The notes: generated by a model not told the origin, from the sequence alone. Positions 34,650 through 48,192 are shown, counted from the first letter of the whole stretch. The stretch: 62,994 nucleotides of DNA, filler included, from Saprolegnia diclina VS20 (GCF_000281045.1; 5 parts of 2 records of this genome joined end to end with filler, not necessarily neighbours in it), one strand, 5' to 3'. A program made the numbers and translations.

Positions 34650-37196
34650 ATGCAACCGCCCCAACACGGCGCTGGTGTCCGACGGCAGGCCCTTGTGGCG
34701 ACGCTGCTACTTTTGCTGCCGCGCATTCATGGTGCATGTCCCATCGCACCACTCAGTGGACGTATCTGCAACGGCCACGGAGACTGCAACGTCCTCGGCG
34801 AGTGCGTCTGCGACAGCAGCAGCTTTGGCTTCGACTGCTCGCAAAGTACGATGCCATCGTTTTTGAGCAGTCGTCATACCTTTCTAGTGCGCTGTCCAAT
34901 CGGTCGAGCGTGGGCTGGCGACGCGACTGGTGTCGACGCGATCCACGGCTTGGTCGAGTGCGCCAACCGAGGCGTGTGCGACCGGACGACCGGGCTTTGC
35001 AACTGCGACGCGGGCTTCACCGGCACGAATTGCGCCCATCGTTGGTCTCTGTCCGATGATCCTCTCGATGAGTCTGTGTTGTGTATTTAGTCGCATGCTT
35101 TTCCTCTTGCTCGTTGAGCGGTCAGTGCCTCTCTATGGAAGCGTTGGCCGCAGCCATGAGCCCCTTTGCCTTCACCTACACGGGCGTCTGGGACGCGACG
35201 TCGATTCACGGCTGCGTGTGCGACGCTGGCACCGGCGGCCCCGACTGCTCGCTTCGTACGGTTATCTCATTCTGGTTAAGTCTGTTTTCATAATTCAATT
35301 CAGAGTTATGCCCGCCCGGTGACGACCCGATGACGACCGGTCAGGTCAACGAGAAGCAGCTCTTGCGCTGCACCGGTGTCGGCTCGTTCCAGCTCAAGTT
35401 CAACGGACAGCTTTCGGCTCCGATATCGAGCTCAGCCACGGCGCCGCAGCTCACCAATGTGCTGCAGGTACTAGGTGTCACAACTAGGACATTCCCTTGA
35501 CGCACTGTGACGCAGGGTCTCGGCGGTGCCGGCAAGTTGACAATCACATACTCGCAAGGCACACAGTTATGCGTCAGCGCGGGCTCCAACGTGGCCACGA
35601 TCGAGTTCACGTCCCGCTTTGGCCCGTGCGTGCGGCGACCGTTGCTGTTGGAGGATCTCAAAGCTGGGTTGTAGACAGCCGCCCTTCCTCGTGCAAACTG
35701 TGAATGCGCAAAAACTACCGAGCATGACCGGTGGCAACGTCATCGTGGCGCACGGCGGCGCGGCCATTGGTGGGTTTGTCAGTGTCCGCGGCTCGAAAGA
35801 ATACCAAGCGTGCAGCAATCGCGGTGTCTGCGACACGAGTGAACACACCGTCGTCATCATACGAGCTGTACCGTGTATATGAGTAGGCCAGGGGACGTGC
35901 TCGTGCTATCTCTACCCGATGCCCGGGTATCGATCGAGCGATGGCTACGGCAACGTTGGCCTGCGCGGTGACTGCGGCGCCCCCGACAATACCAATTTCT
36001 ACGGCGGCCCTATCTCTGGGTGCCCAGGATACCTTCCATGCAGCGGTCACGGCATGTGCTCGGGCTCCCCTGCCTTTGCGTGCAAGTGCTCGCCGGGCTG
36101 GACATCGGGCGATTGCTCGCAGCGTACACTACACCAACCTTTGGATGTGACGTAACGTTGGGTAGGCGCTTGTCCGACGGGCGCTTCGTGGTTTGCGCTG
36201 CCAACGTCGACCAATGTCGCGCACAAAACGCCCGAGACGTGCTCCAACACGGGACTCTGCGACCCAACGACGGGCACGTGCACCTGCTTTCCTCCCTTCA
36301 CCGGGGCCGCGTGCGAGCTCCGTGCGCGTCACCTCACAATACTTGACCATTGTTGACCTGACCGCGTAGTCGACTGCCCGTATGGTCCTGACAGTGCCAC
36401 TCCGTGCTCGGGCCACGGCTCTTGCCTCACACTGGCCGAGTTGGCGGCGGCGACAACCATGCAAGGTCTACCTGCTGGCTTCACGTACGGTGCCAACCCC
36501 AACAACCCCGCGACGTGGGACGCCACCATGATCCAAGGATGCAAGTGCGATGACGGATTTACGGGCCATGACTGCAACCAACGTACCCTCTACTCGCTCG
36601 ACTCGACCAACAACATTTCAATGAGGGTTAGGGGTATGTCCCACCGGCGACGACCCGGATACGACCGGTCAAAACAATGCAGTTCAACAGGTCACGTGCG
36701 CAGCGTCGTCGGGAGTCTTCCAACTAGGCTTCCGAGGCGCGTACACGGACCCACTGCCGTTCAACGCCCCTATGCTCGACGTTCAAGCCGCGCTTCTCGG
36801 TCTTTCGACGCTGCACGGTCTCTCGCTGCAGTATTCGCACACAGGCAAGCGTACGCCTACCTCAGAATCGCACTCACAAGCGATACAGGGGCCTGTGTTG
36901 GCGGCAATAGCATGACTCTGACGTTCACGCAAGACTTTGGCGCGCTCCCAACTGTGCAACTGCTGGATGCGTCGCTCATACTTACGTCGCCGTCGTCTGT
37001 CACGACGCTCGTGCCTGGCAGCAAAGAAGACGCCGAGTGTGCGAACCATGGCCACTGCGACACAACCCAAGGCGTCTGCGTCTGTGCGCGCGACTATGCC
37101 AGCAGCGACGGCAACGGCGGACCCGGCAACCGCGGCGACTGCGGCTATCGACGTCAGTTCTTCATGGGCGAGGATAACGCCGACGTCGAGGCTTGA
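34650..37196 (+). CDS. Secreted EGF/tenascin-like (Sig/mastigoneme-type) protein, internally duplicated, many introns
   Basis: Signal-like N-terminus; two modules each of CNGHG/CSGHG EGFs, CP.G..W, C[AS]N.G.CD, WDAT.I.GC.CD, CP.GDDP, a beta-sandwich (F[QL]L.F.G....P), then GSKE...C.N.G.CD...G..G.RGDCG. Confidence 0.88.
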
Positions 37197-37208
37197 AGTA
37201 CGACTTGA

Positions 37209-39643
37209 TTACATTGCGCCGTCGAGCGGGAGGACATGCATATCGTAAAAGCGGCGGAGCAGGCTTCGACAGTGCACATACGGGTTGGCAAGGCAACGCT
37301 CGTCGTCGGTCTCTTGCGCAAGTACCTGCAGTTCCTTGAGACAGTGTATGTACTGCTCCTTCTGACTCGTCTTGATCATGGCCACCACGAGTTCTGATAC
37401 GAGTCTGTATCAAGTTGATAGTATCTCGAAACCTTGATACATCGCAACATGGAAACGTACAGTGCAATCGTTGGATTCGAGTGGTCGAGGAAATGGAGGA
37501 ACCGCAAGAGACCCCCCGCGCGCGAAAAGAGGTGCACATCGTGGAAGAGATGCTTGACGACGAGCGCAATGACGACACCGACGTCATCACTCTTGTCCGC
37601 CACCTCGTTTGAGAGGGCGTCGAGACCGATAAGAAAAATATCGCTCGAAATATCGCGAAGGAGACTCATGTCCAAGGCAAAGACGCCATGGCGCAGCGCT
37701 GCGAGGAGCGTGCGAGGTGGCGCCAGCGCATGGACCGGCCGCGATCGCGCGTATGCGTAGCTCAGACGGCGGGTGCACAGCTCAAAAATGACGCGAAGGA
37801 CCGGCAAGAGCACAAGGGGCGAGGCTTCCTTGTTGTCGAGCAGCGTAGAAACGACGCTGTTGACATCAAGCAGCAAATGTTCGCTCTATACCTGTCTTTC
37901 AGAGCCGAGATTCGACGCGCAAAACGACGTACTTGTGCGCTTCCAAAGCGGCGTTGGACGACGATAGCTAGAACATGCACCATCGCGACGCGGCGACGCT
38001 CGACCGGCGATCGAAGCGCTTCCCAAAACTTGGTGCGGGCGGCGGCGCGGAGCCTGCTGCGGTCGCACACCTCGTCGCCGTCGTTGGCCTGGCCAAACAC
38101 AGGTGACCCGAGTCGGTTTGCATCGCAGAGAAGCTCAGATAGCCAGCGCTACCGCCTCGTTGGTGCCGCAGATCTCGGTGGCAGAGGTCATGGGGTACCT
38201 CGCCTTTGTACGCGTCGTCGCGCGACTCGATTAGCGCAAAAACCTTGGCAAGAACGACCGCATCCGGCGTCGCGTGCAAAGCGTCCAGCGTCTGAACACG
38301 CGCTGTCTTGAGTGCACTTGCGAGAGCCGCACTCTGCTTGAAATACTCGTCCACACGCATCTACATGTATCACAATATCAAGTTGATACATGGATCCATG
38401 GAGCTACCAGATGGAAGAGCTCGTCGAGAAACGCCGTATGGAGGTCGCTGATGATGTTGTTGCCGCCCAGCGGCGACGACGGACGGCTCGACGGGTACAT
38501 GGCAAGTCGACTGGGAACGCCAGCGGCGAGACACGCCTCGTAGAGCCACTCGGCTTCGTGCACTGGCACGGGCAGGTTGGCCTTGGTGGCGTCAAATAGC
38601 ACCATAAACACTAGGCGCTGGACAGCGATTGACGGCGTCGTGTAGTACAGATGCAGTAACGTCTCCAAGAGCTTTGGCGACGCCGAAAAGACGTCGAGTC
38701 CGAGATCAAAGGTATGGCGCCCGGACGCCGGGTCTGTCGGTAGAACAAGCGCCGACACGGACGCCAGTCGATGGCTGCTTGCCCGGCGAAGTGAGATCGT
38801 CTCGCTGCTTCGGCGCTCAGCGCAGCGAGGATGCGTCTCGAGCCCAAGAAGTCGCGTCAGGTAGAGGCCAAAGACGAGACCCTCGACAAGCAGCACGAGC
38901 GTTGGAATGTCGTGGACGCCATCGAGAAGCGACAAGATCACGCCGGACGACGACAGCGGAACGAGGCGATCGAGGACCCACGCGTCAGAGGGGTGCGTCA
39001 GCGACAGCAGTGTGCGACTCATGCACGCCACCAGCTCGTCATCGTCGCTCGCTGCGAGCGCGACCGTGCGCTCGGCCATCTCAAGCGCCAAATGGAAGAG
39101 CTCCATCGAGAGAGTGGCGTCGATCGAGTCGGCGGTACTCACGCAACCCAGCAGCGCAAACGCCAGACGCTGCGGACGCGGCGCCGGTTGCCGCACGACG
39201 AGCTCGAGAAAGAACGACCGCAGATCGGGCACGCTGGAAGCAGCCGCGAGTGCCGTGAGATTGCTTGCGAGAAGGTGCCACAGGAGCTGCGAGAGGTGCA
39301 TCTCGGTCGTCGTCGGCGGCGTGTGCTCCAAGAGCTCGAGGTATGTCGCTGCATGCACCTGCAGCATGTCGATAGACAACGGCGGACCAGGCCACGGACA
39401 CAGCGCACGGCCACTTGGCGCGGTGTCCAGAGCTTGCTCGCGGTGCGCCGCAATCTCGGACGCCTTTTCCGACGTGAGAGCTGGGTTCGTGTGCACAATC
39501 TGGCAGGATGGGGCGCCCAAGACGTACGCGTCGGTCGTCCATGGCCCATACATCTCGGCATACGCTACGTCGCTCTCCAAGAACGTCCTCACCGGCTGCT
39601 GGTACCGGGCGCGTAGGAGGCGCTGCGCTTCGACCACGTCCAT
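37209..39643 (-). CDS. Conserved helical hypothetical protein (C-terminus resembles plant At3g12590-type family), multi-exon
   Basis: Consecutive minus-strand exons; spliced C-terminus FLDHSNPTIALLVSELVVAMIK..EQY..CLKELQVLAQETDDERCLANPYVH..*. Confidence 0.6.
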
Positions 39644-40039
39644 TCTTGTACGATTTGCGATCTTCCTGCTGGAAGATCCGGCTGGGATTCTGGTATCCGG
39701 ATGCAACCGGCTGCACATCGGCAACGTTCACATGCCAGCGCCAGATACCAGACAGATACCGAAATAAGACATGGTAATTGCTCCAACGTCGACTCTCTGG
39801 ACGCGTGTCCTCTGCCCATCTTGTTGACAAAATACTGTGCCATCGCGGCTGCTGAGGCACTCGGACATCGTCTCTCTACATGCACGTACATCTCCGTGTC
39901 AAGGCGCTGCGCAAACGCTTCGAGTCGAGCGCCAGCTACGTTAAATCACACACTGACCAGGCAGACGACATGGAGAAGCCATGAGCTCGTGAGAAACATG
40001 ACAACAGCTGACATCTTTGATGCTGCATCAAGTTGATTC

Positions 40040-41154
40040 TTAGTCGATCTTTTCATGGAGATTGGCCACGGGCGTGGCCATCGGCAGGAGCATCGAGACG
40101 AGGTTTTGGTACGTGGCGTACTTTGGGTACTTTTGGATTGTGAGGTACTCGGTGAGGCGCGTGCTCCCTTGGAAGAGCAGGTGCAACAGCAGCGCACCAA
40201 CGAGCGTCCAGTTGTGCGACCCGCAGGCCACAACCGAGAACGAGTAGACAACCCACCAAATACTAGTCAAGCAACACAGCTCGTACCAAGAACCACCGCT
40301 AAATACAACATACCTGATTTCAGCGAAAAAGTTGGGGTGGCGCGAGTACGCAAAGAGGCCCGTCGTGCAAAAGCCGACGTTGTACGGCGGCGGCAGCTGT
40401 GCCAACGTCTTGCCCGCCTTCATTTGCGCCCACCTACATCATCGCGTGAGCTGAGTTCGTCGTATGTAGTGCATACTTGGCTTCTTGGAAGGTCCATTGC
40501 TGCTGGTCGGCCGTCGTTTCAAGCCCAAGAAGGCCAAGCAGCGCAAGAGCGAGGACCGAGTCCCACATCGACCAGCTCACGTTGCCGGCGACCCACGCGT
40601 TGAAGACCATGTGAAGCGGGCACGTAAGAATGCAGAGCAGAATGTTCTGGTAAATCGCAATGAACGAAAATGAAAAGAGGTGCCAGAGCACGGGGTTGGG
40701 CACGACGCTGCGGACAAACTCCCAGCGATAGTCCTACATGCATCGTGAGGCTAAACCTGATGGCATCGCGTACCTCGCCTGTCCACGAGTAGCCGCCACG
40801 CCGGTAAAAGTTGTATGTGAGGCGCAGCCCCCAGAGCGTAATGATACCGACGACAACACTCATACGGGTGTCGAAGCCAAGGCCGCGGCTGTAGCCGACG
40901 AGGAGGTAGTTCCACGCATACGCCACCGGCACGAGCGACCAGAGACGGTCGACGTGCGAGTAGTTGCCCGTTGCCACTTGCAGCAGAAAGCACACAACGC
41001 CCACGCCGAGGCTCAGGAGGAGGTTCGAGAGGACCGGTGGCAACTCCGCGTACGTCGTCGCCGTCACAAGAAGCGCGAGCGCGTCGTTGTAGCATACAAC
41101 AACGTTGGCCGACGAGAGGACCTCGGGCAGCGTCGACACGCAAGAGATCGCCAT
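40040..41154 (-). CDS. DUF1295 / steroid 5-alpha-reductase-like membrane protein, multi-exon
   Basis: GNYSHVDRLWS, WGLRLTYNFYRRGGY, EDYRW, ETTADQQQW.F, TGLFAYSRHPNFFAE, FQGSTRLTE, KYPKYATYQ. Confidence 0.92.
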
Positions 41155-41518
41155 GTTGGCAAATTGCACTTTGCCGGCTTTATACGACCGAGTGCGCACC
41201 GACATTCAAAATCATTCCAATATAGCCAAAACACTCACCGTTAAGTATCTATTGGATTGTCGACTCTGAAACGTCGCTGGACTTCGCCATTTTTGGCGCC
41301 TTTTGATTGGCTAGTGCAACAAACTTGGCATTGTACTAACGTTAGTATTGTGTTTTGATGCGGCTAGGGATTCTCAGTGAACTTTCCCTGGGTTATATTC
41401 TCAGATATCCAAGTAGAGATTCTACTAGCTATTACCCATCGACTGTAGCAAGATCAACTCATGGGGCAAGGAAACCTTGATTGTATTGCTGACATTTGTG
41501 TACGAGTAGCAAGTACAC

Positions 41519-44090
41519 TTATGCGTTGTCGTCAGTGTCGGTAATACTCTTGGTCGAACTTCGCTCGGCGATGCTCTTGAGCGCTTGCTGTCGCAGCTCC
41601 TTCTCCTTGAGTCGCTGGAGGCACGCAATCGCTTCCTTGCGCTTCTGGCTCTCGATCACTTGGGTCCGAAGCGCTGTTTCTTCCCGGGCGACCTTCTCGG
41701 CCGCGAGCGTTCGTGGCGACAGCGCGCGGCCGTCTTCTTGAATGGCCACGACACGGCTGCTCACGAGCAAGCGCGGCGGCGTCTGTCGCACAATCAAGGA
41801 CGACCGGACGATTTTCGGACGCTTTGCCTCGGGCGGATCCATGGACGTGACCGTGGGCCACCGGTTCTGGACGTGGGCGCGCTTGACGACGCTCGTGGTC
41901 CGCTCGAGACTGTGGGCGGCCGCCACCTCTTCCTGCCACGCGTGGAGCCTGCACACGATGTTCTCAAAAGAGCCAAACCAGAGTCTCGAAGCGCGTACCT
42001 TTGGCGCGCGCTCGCGATGGCCGCCGTCTTGGCTGCTTGCATGCCCGCGAACGACTCGCTCCGAGCCTTCTCGGCCGCCGCAGCCTCGGCCCGTGCTACA
42101 CCACGAGTCATCCGTGTGAGCATTTCATCATACTACAAGCGCCGTACCAACGCGGATGGCGTTGGCTGCCGTCGCATATGACGTGATCGCGTCATCGCAC
42201 GCCGTCAGTGCTGCGTCGTCGGCACTCTCGGCGTCGAGAGTCTCTAGAAGCGCCTTGGCCGCTGCGGCGAGTGGCGCAAGAGCAGCATCAGAAGCACAGA
42301 GCTCCTCGCTGTCGAGGTCGGCCGCATGCAACGCGGCCGAGAGCGCCCGCACACGCGCCGCGCGCTTGAGGACAGACCGAATGTGCTGGATCTTCTCAAG
42401 AAGCGTCGACGTGCTGTCGCCCCACGCGGAATCGAGCGCCTGCAAGAGCGCGTCGGCGGGGCCGTCGGCGTCCGTCACTTGCTTTTGCACTTCGTGGTAC
42501 TCGGCGAGCATCACGAGGCGGGCAAGTGCTGCGTTGACCATGCAGTCGGCTTCGTCCACGTCGTCCCGCAGCTTGTCCAAGTACGCACGCACGTCGTCTT
42601 CATTCGCTTCGTCGTCGATCGAGATCGGGTGCGACGTGATACTGCGGGCTGCGGCGATCGCTGCTTTGGCCGCACGAATGTCGGCGACGAGCGCGGGATG
42701 CTCCAGAAAGGCCGAGCCCGCAACGCGATCGGCAAACTTGGCTTCGATCCCGGCAACGTGGTCCGTGCTCGTCTCGCATTGCTGGGCGACGCGCTGCTGC
42801 CATTTTTTGCGCGCCAGCGCAAACTCCTTGGCCTTCCGCGCATCGTCGAGTGCTTTGAGATGGCTCTCAAACCCACCGAGTGCGAGTTCGAGAACCTCGA
42901 CGCCGCGGGTCGACGGTGCCTTCTGAGCAGCGTCCAGCGCCCCCAGTGCGTGCTTGAGCAGCTCAATCATCTTGGCGTCGACGCCATCGACCGCGGCCTC
43001 GGCGTGGGCTTCAGCGACCTTGAGACGACCGGCTAGAGGCTCGATCGCAGCGGTCGCTGCTGCGATTTCGGCCGCGACCGCCTTGGCACGCTGCTCGGCC
43101 TCGGCCAGCTCGTGGGTCTGCTGGATCCGTCGCTGCTCCCGCGCAAACCTATGATCCTTCGTGCGGCATTTCACGTAGCGTTTCCGAAATACATACCGTC
43201 GCTGGCGAATGTTGGCGTCGCTGAGGTACTCGGTCGTGTCGAGCTGGATGGAGAGCGGTACAATCAACTTTGGGTGCGCCGTCTACGCTGCTAGATCAGA
43301 GGCGACGACAAATTATCCCACAAAGCGTACGTGGCACAAGACGCGCTGGCCCTGCATGCACTGAAGAATCGCAACGACGCTCTCGTAGGCCTTGAACTGC
43401 ACGTACACGTCAAAATGCACGGTCGCCAAGATGCCGTCGTCCGCGACGTCTTCGGGTGGCACCACTTCGACGTGCCTATGCATATACGCGCGTCAGGCGT
43501 ACGCTTCGGGACTACTTCACACGGTACGCGAGCGCGCCAAAGAGCGCAAAGAGCTGCGAGAGCTTGTGCGCAGCGTGGTTGTAGTGCGTGAGCTTGGCGT
43601 CGAGATCGGCAAAGTCGGCCGTGTTGACGTCAAACCACTTGGCCGGGAGGCCTCTCAGATGGACGGTATCGGGGCGACAGCCTTTCATCTTCTTCTCAAA
43701 GTGCATGGTATTTGCGGGCAGCGGGCTGGCGGTCGCGGCTGCGTCCATCTCGGCCACTTGGATCTCGATCGCGTCGCCGTTCGCGTACACCGTGTGGTTG
43801 GGCATCTCGTTGACCGTGCGCAGCGCGTGCTCAAACCGAGCGCGCTCAAAGAACGTGAGCGCGACGACCGTCGTGCCCTGGAGCTTGGGCGACGGCAGCA
43901 CGGCTGCGTGGTCAAAGACCACAGCCAGCGTCTCGAGCATCTTCTTGGCTTCCCAGAAGGACACGGTCGACTTCTTCGCGCCTTTGCCCGGCCGGAAGAT
44001 GAGGCGTCCGCGGAAGGCGTCGCGCACGACGAGGCCGGCGTCGCCCCATGCGAACGCGTACTCGGTCGAACGAGCGGTGGCACCCACCAT
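41519..44090 (-). CDS. AKAP17A (XE7/SFRS17A)-like RRM and coiled-coil protein, multi-exon
   Basis: VSFWEAKKML, GCRPDTVHLRGLPAKWF, FALFGAL, LDTTEYLSDANIRQR resemble AKAP17A; long helical C-terminus. Confidence 0.72.
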
Positions 44091-44405
44091 ATTTGTTTTT
44101 TCCGACCAACCGAATGCAATAAAATCGGATGGCGAGCATACAAAAAACAAGATGTGAGGGTAGCCAATCCCATCGCGCCCATCTGTCCCAAGATACCTTG
44201 GACAGCTCGCAGTCGACTCGGCTGCAGCCTACTCGTAGCATGCGTCTCCTGGGAGCGATCGAGAGGCTCATGACGACTCCAAGGTAGAGAGTATACAGGC
44301 GCTTGGATGGCAAGCTCGCTTCCTATTGGAGCACGCCAAATGCGAGATTGCACTTTGTGTTGAAGTGCGTTCGTTGCACCCTTGCACTTTAGTACATGGA
44401 AGCGA

Positions 44406-46054
44406 TTATAACATGGAGGGCACAGACTCAAGCTGCGGGTAAAAGCCGAGGTACCACTCAATCAAGAGCGTGCGGCGAGACGCTTCACAGGACGTCGAAA
44501 TGGCTTCGTAGAGCGACGTTGCCAGCGACGGGTGGGCAAACACGATTTGCTCGGCGATGCGCAGGCAAAAGGCCATCGACTTGAGCGAGACAACCTTGAG
44601 CAGCTCGAAGAAAAGGCGAGCGAGCGTTGCCGCCGCGTCGGGCTGCGTCCCAAACGTACGTCGGATGGTCTTTTGCATCTCGAGCGCGAGGTATGCGAGG
44701 ACGGCGTCGTCGTCGACAGCGAGAACGTAGCCAAGGCTCGTGGTGAGCACGTCGATCGGGGCCGTGATTGGGTAGCCGGCGAAGAGACGGCCGACGTAGA
44801 CCGCGGCCATCTATACACACACCATGGTATCGCATCGAGTATTGGCAACGAGAGGGCCTACGTCCGCGCCCCGCGGTCGCCGTTGGAGCAGGAGCGACCG
44901 AATCGCCCGGTGGCATGCAAGAGAGACCTCCACAAGGTTGTGACTCAAGCCACGGAGCGCCAAGCAAAACGTCGTGTCGGCAGGCAGAAAGGGCAATAGC
45001 TGCAAGTAGCAAGCAAGCTGCGGGCCCCGGATGCAGTCGGCATCCAGCGGCACAAGCGCGTCTGTCGCGTCGAGGGCGACGAGCAACGGCGCCACGAGCT
45101 GCTCCATCTACCCACAAGAGTTATGGTATGTTGCGTCGTATCGATTGGCCGTACCTTCGACGGCGGGATTGTCGTGACAAGGCGCATCTGAAGCTTGCGC
45201 AGCAACGGCGCCTCGGTATCGGGGCTCGGCACACAGGCGACGTGAGATATGGACGCCAGCGCAAGTGCAGCAAGGGACACATTGCTAACAAGGTTGAGAC
45301 ATGCGATGGCCACGCCGACCGTCAAGACGCGGAGCGGGGGCAGCGCAGCGGCGAGGGGTGCCAACGCCTCGGGAGGTACGTCCGACGTGAGCATGTCATG
45401 GAAGGAAGGGACGAACGACGACGTCGATGGCCATGTATGCTTGAGAAACACGGGGTAGATGGCGTAAAGACTGTGGACCGCAGCTGCGACACCGTGGTGG
45501 ACGCTCTCGAGAAGCCGCGGCACGAGCGGTGCTGGGAGCGTCGCGCTTGCGTTCACGATATCGTGGCAGAGGGCGGCGACAGGAAGGCGGCAGGGCAGCG
45601 CGACACCAGACGCCAAGCTTGTCGCAAGGAGATGAAACATGCCTTCGGTCTCGAGCACAGTGCTTTCGGGCGTGCGCAACGCGCCAAGTGCCGGCAAATG
45701 GCGACTTGTCAAGAGCACGATACCGATCCGGTGTGCGATCTCGTCTCGGACGGGTCGATGGACGACTTTCCGTTGGCACTCTTGCAGCGCCTGCAGCAGC
45801 GCGCTGGTGTCGGCGGCCTGCGCGAGACGCTGCTCGACGGCGACTATCGCGAGGGCGACCGCGAGCACGAGGCCGTCGCCGTGCTGCTCGGTGAGAAGGT
45901 GCAGCAGGCTGCCGTCATCTGCAGGCAGCGACGATGCAAGAGAGCGCTCAGCGTGCGCCACGATCTCGAGATCCCATTGGTCGTTTGGAGGCGACGGAAA
46001 GAGGGCGAGGAGGTCGGCGTGGACCGCACGGCCTGTCCGCGGCAGCTCACTCAT
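44406..46054 (-). CDS. Probable peroxin PEX8-like helical-repeat protein with PTS1-like C-terminus (SML*), 3 exons
   Basis: YVGRLFAGYPITAPIDVLTTSL and LYEAISTSCEASRRTLLIEWY resemble recalled plant/fungal PEX8 motifs; ends ..VPSML*; CCAAT at ~46114 upstream of the chosen ATG. Confidence 0.6.
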
Positions 46055-46600
46055 GATGTTGACGCAAGCCCAACTGGATTGGACAAAGCGAAGGGCCATG
46101 TGCAGCATTTTAGCCAATCACGTTGCTTGGTCGTTGAGGATCATCCTTTCGGGATCAAGCGCGTCAACTAGGACCGAGCTGCGTAGCTATGGCGAGCTCT
46201 AACCTCCCGTGTACTCTTGCCCAGCACCCAAGTACTCGATGGGGTATCTCTAACTCAATAATCAAAATATCCCGGCGCGTCAAGGTCGTGAAGATCGACG
46301 CAGGACGACAAAAAACCTTTGCCAAGGCAACACGGTATCCAGAGGCAGCGAGATTCGCCAGAGTGTCGTAGACTCTGCTCGCGGACCAAAGCTAGACTTT
46401 TGTGCGTATACACTACAGTCCTTTGACGTATAGTGCACTCTGGCGGCTTGAAGCGCCGTCCGCGTCCATCCCTTGGCGTGGCACAGGGTGTGGCGCGCGT
46501 CTTGCAGAATGGTGATCAGATGATTGCCGGATCGGCACCAATCAGCGTCCGGCGCCGTATCCGGACATCCAGCTCAAGCGCCAACCAAACCGCCCGACGC

Positions 46601-48120
46601 ATGGAGACGCTGACCCGCAAGCCGCGCGCGGGCCCCGTGGCCGTCACCACGAACGCTAGCCTAAGCCTGTCCTTCAAGCTACCCGCCGCCTTTGCCGCGT
46701 CGCTCGCGCAGTCGGCGCCGGCGCCAGCTCGGGACGCATGGGAGAGCGACGAGGACGAGTCGTGGGAGACCAAGGCCGACGTGCTGCTGCAGGTGGCGCC
46801 CATCGAAGACACGAGTATGGGCGCATGGCAGGACAACCTCGAGGCCTTTCCAGATGCGTTTCCGCTCCTGCTCGTGAACCTCTCGCGCTTGAGCCTCGAG
46901 CACATGGGCACGCCGCTCGCCACCAACGACGACGCGGCCCGCGTCTCGGCGTCCATCCAAGACGTCTTTGACTCGTCCAAGTTTTCGTACGTCATTGAAA
47001 CTCTCTTCGAACAAGAGATTGCAATCCATACAACGTACGGCGCCTGCAAGCCGTACCTGACCTACCTCCACGGGCAGTCCAAGGACGTGTGGGCGACTGT
47101 CGACTACCCGGCGCTCGTCGATGGTGAGGTGCCGCTGAGCGAGCTCCTCGCAGTCATTGAGCGGCCAACGCAGTGGACGAGCGTGAACCACGTCAAGGAG
47201 TACATGGCCAAGACGTCCCGTGACATCAAGTGGAAGGCGCAGGTGCTTGAAGAACTCGAGTACTTGGCGGCATTCGAGCAAGACGTCAAAGACGCCGCCG
47301 ACGCACAGCTTCGCCTCGACATTCACAATGTACCTATGATAAGTGCCAAGTTGACTCGGAGCTCATGCAGTCATAGCTCTCGAGCCTGCGAGACTCGCTG
47401 CTCCAGAAGCTCGCGATGCCAGGAAAGAAGAACGCGATGAGCCGTCGTCTCGACCAAATGCAACTCGAGAGCGTCGAGACGCAGCTCGCACCTCTGTTGG
47501 CAACCTTTCTGGCACCACCGGCGCCGCCAGCCAAGTTTTCAGACGTCGCTACGTACACAAAGGCGGGCTTGGACTCGGGCAACACGGGCGTCCTCGACAT
47601 GATCCTCTCAATGGTGTTTTCCCGACTACCGCAACCACCGGCCGTGGCGCTCGATGCGCACTTCACCTCGCTCGTACAGTCGCACGAACACGTCCGGCAT
47701 CTGTGGCTCCTGGATTTCGGGCGCCTTCCCCCGCGCACGACCGTCGACGACGACGGCGACGTGGTCGAAGTCGAACCACCGATACCTCGCGTCCAAGACG
47801 TTGTTCGAGAAGACGAGATCGCACCGGTGGTCGTCGCACCGCCGACACGAGCGGTTGCGGACGACGAGGACGTGGAGGACACGGAGGCGCCGATCGATGC
47901 TGGCAATGAGAGCGATGCGTACAAGGGTGACGCGGACGACGACGAGAACGACTCGGAAGCGGAAGCCGCGGCCGCGCGCAAGCGGCAAAAATCGCAGCAG
48001 AAAAAAGCCAAGAAAAAGGCCAAAAAAGCAAAAGAAAAGGCCGAATTCACGCCGTTTGCCTGCGTGCGCGGCCTCGCGTTGCTCAAGCTCTCGGAAGACG
48101 AGCAGCAGCTGTACGGCTAA
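46601..48120 (+). CDS. Hypothetical protein with acidic and Lys-rich (NLS-like) C-terminus, 2 exons
   Basis: Two long coding-biased ORFs joined by an intron at ~47329-47390; QKKAKKKAKKAKEK tract. Confidence 0.7.
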
Positions 48121-48192
48121 GCGACGCATGTAGTACAGTAGTAGAAATCCTAATTTGACAACCACAAGGGCTGCGGTCATTCCTTGTGATCC

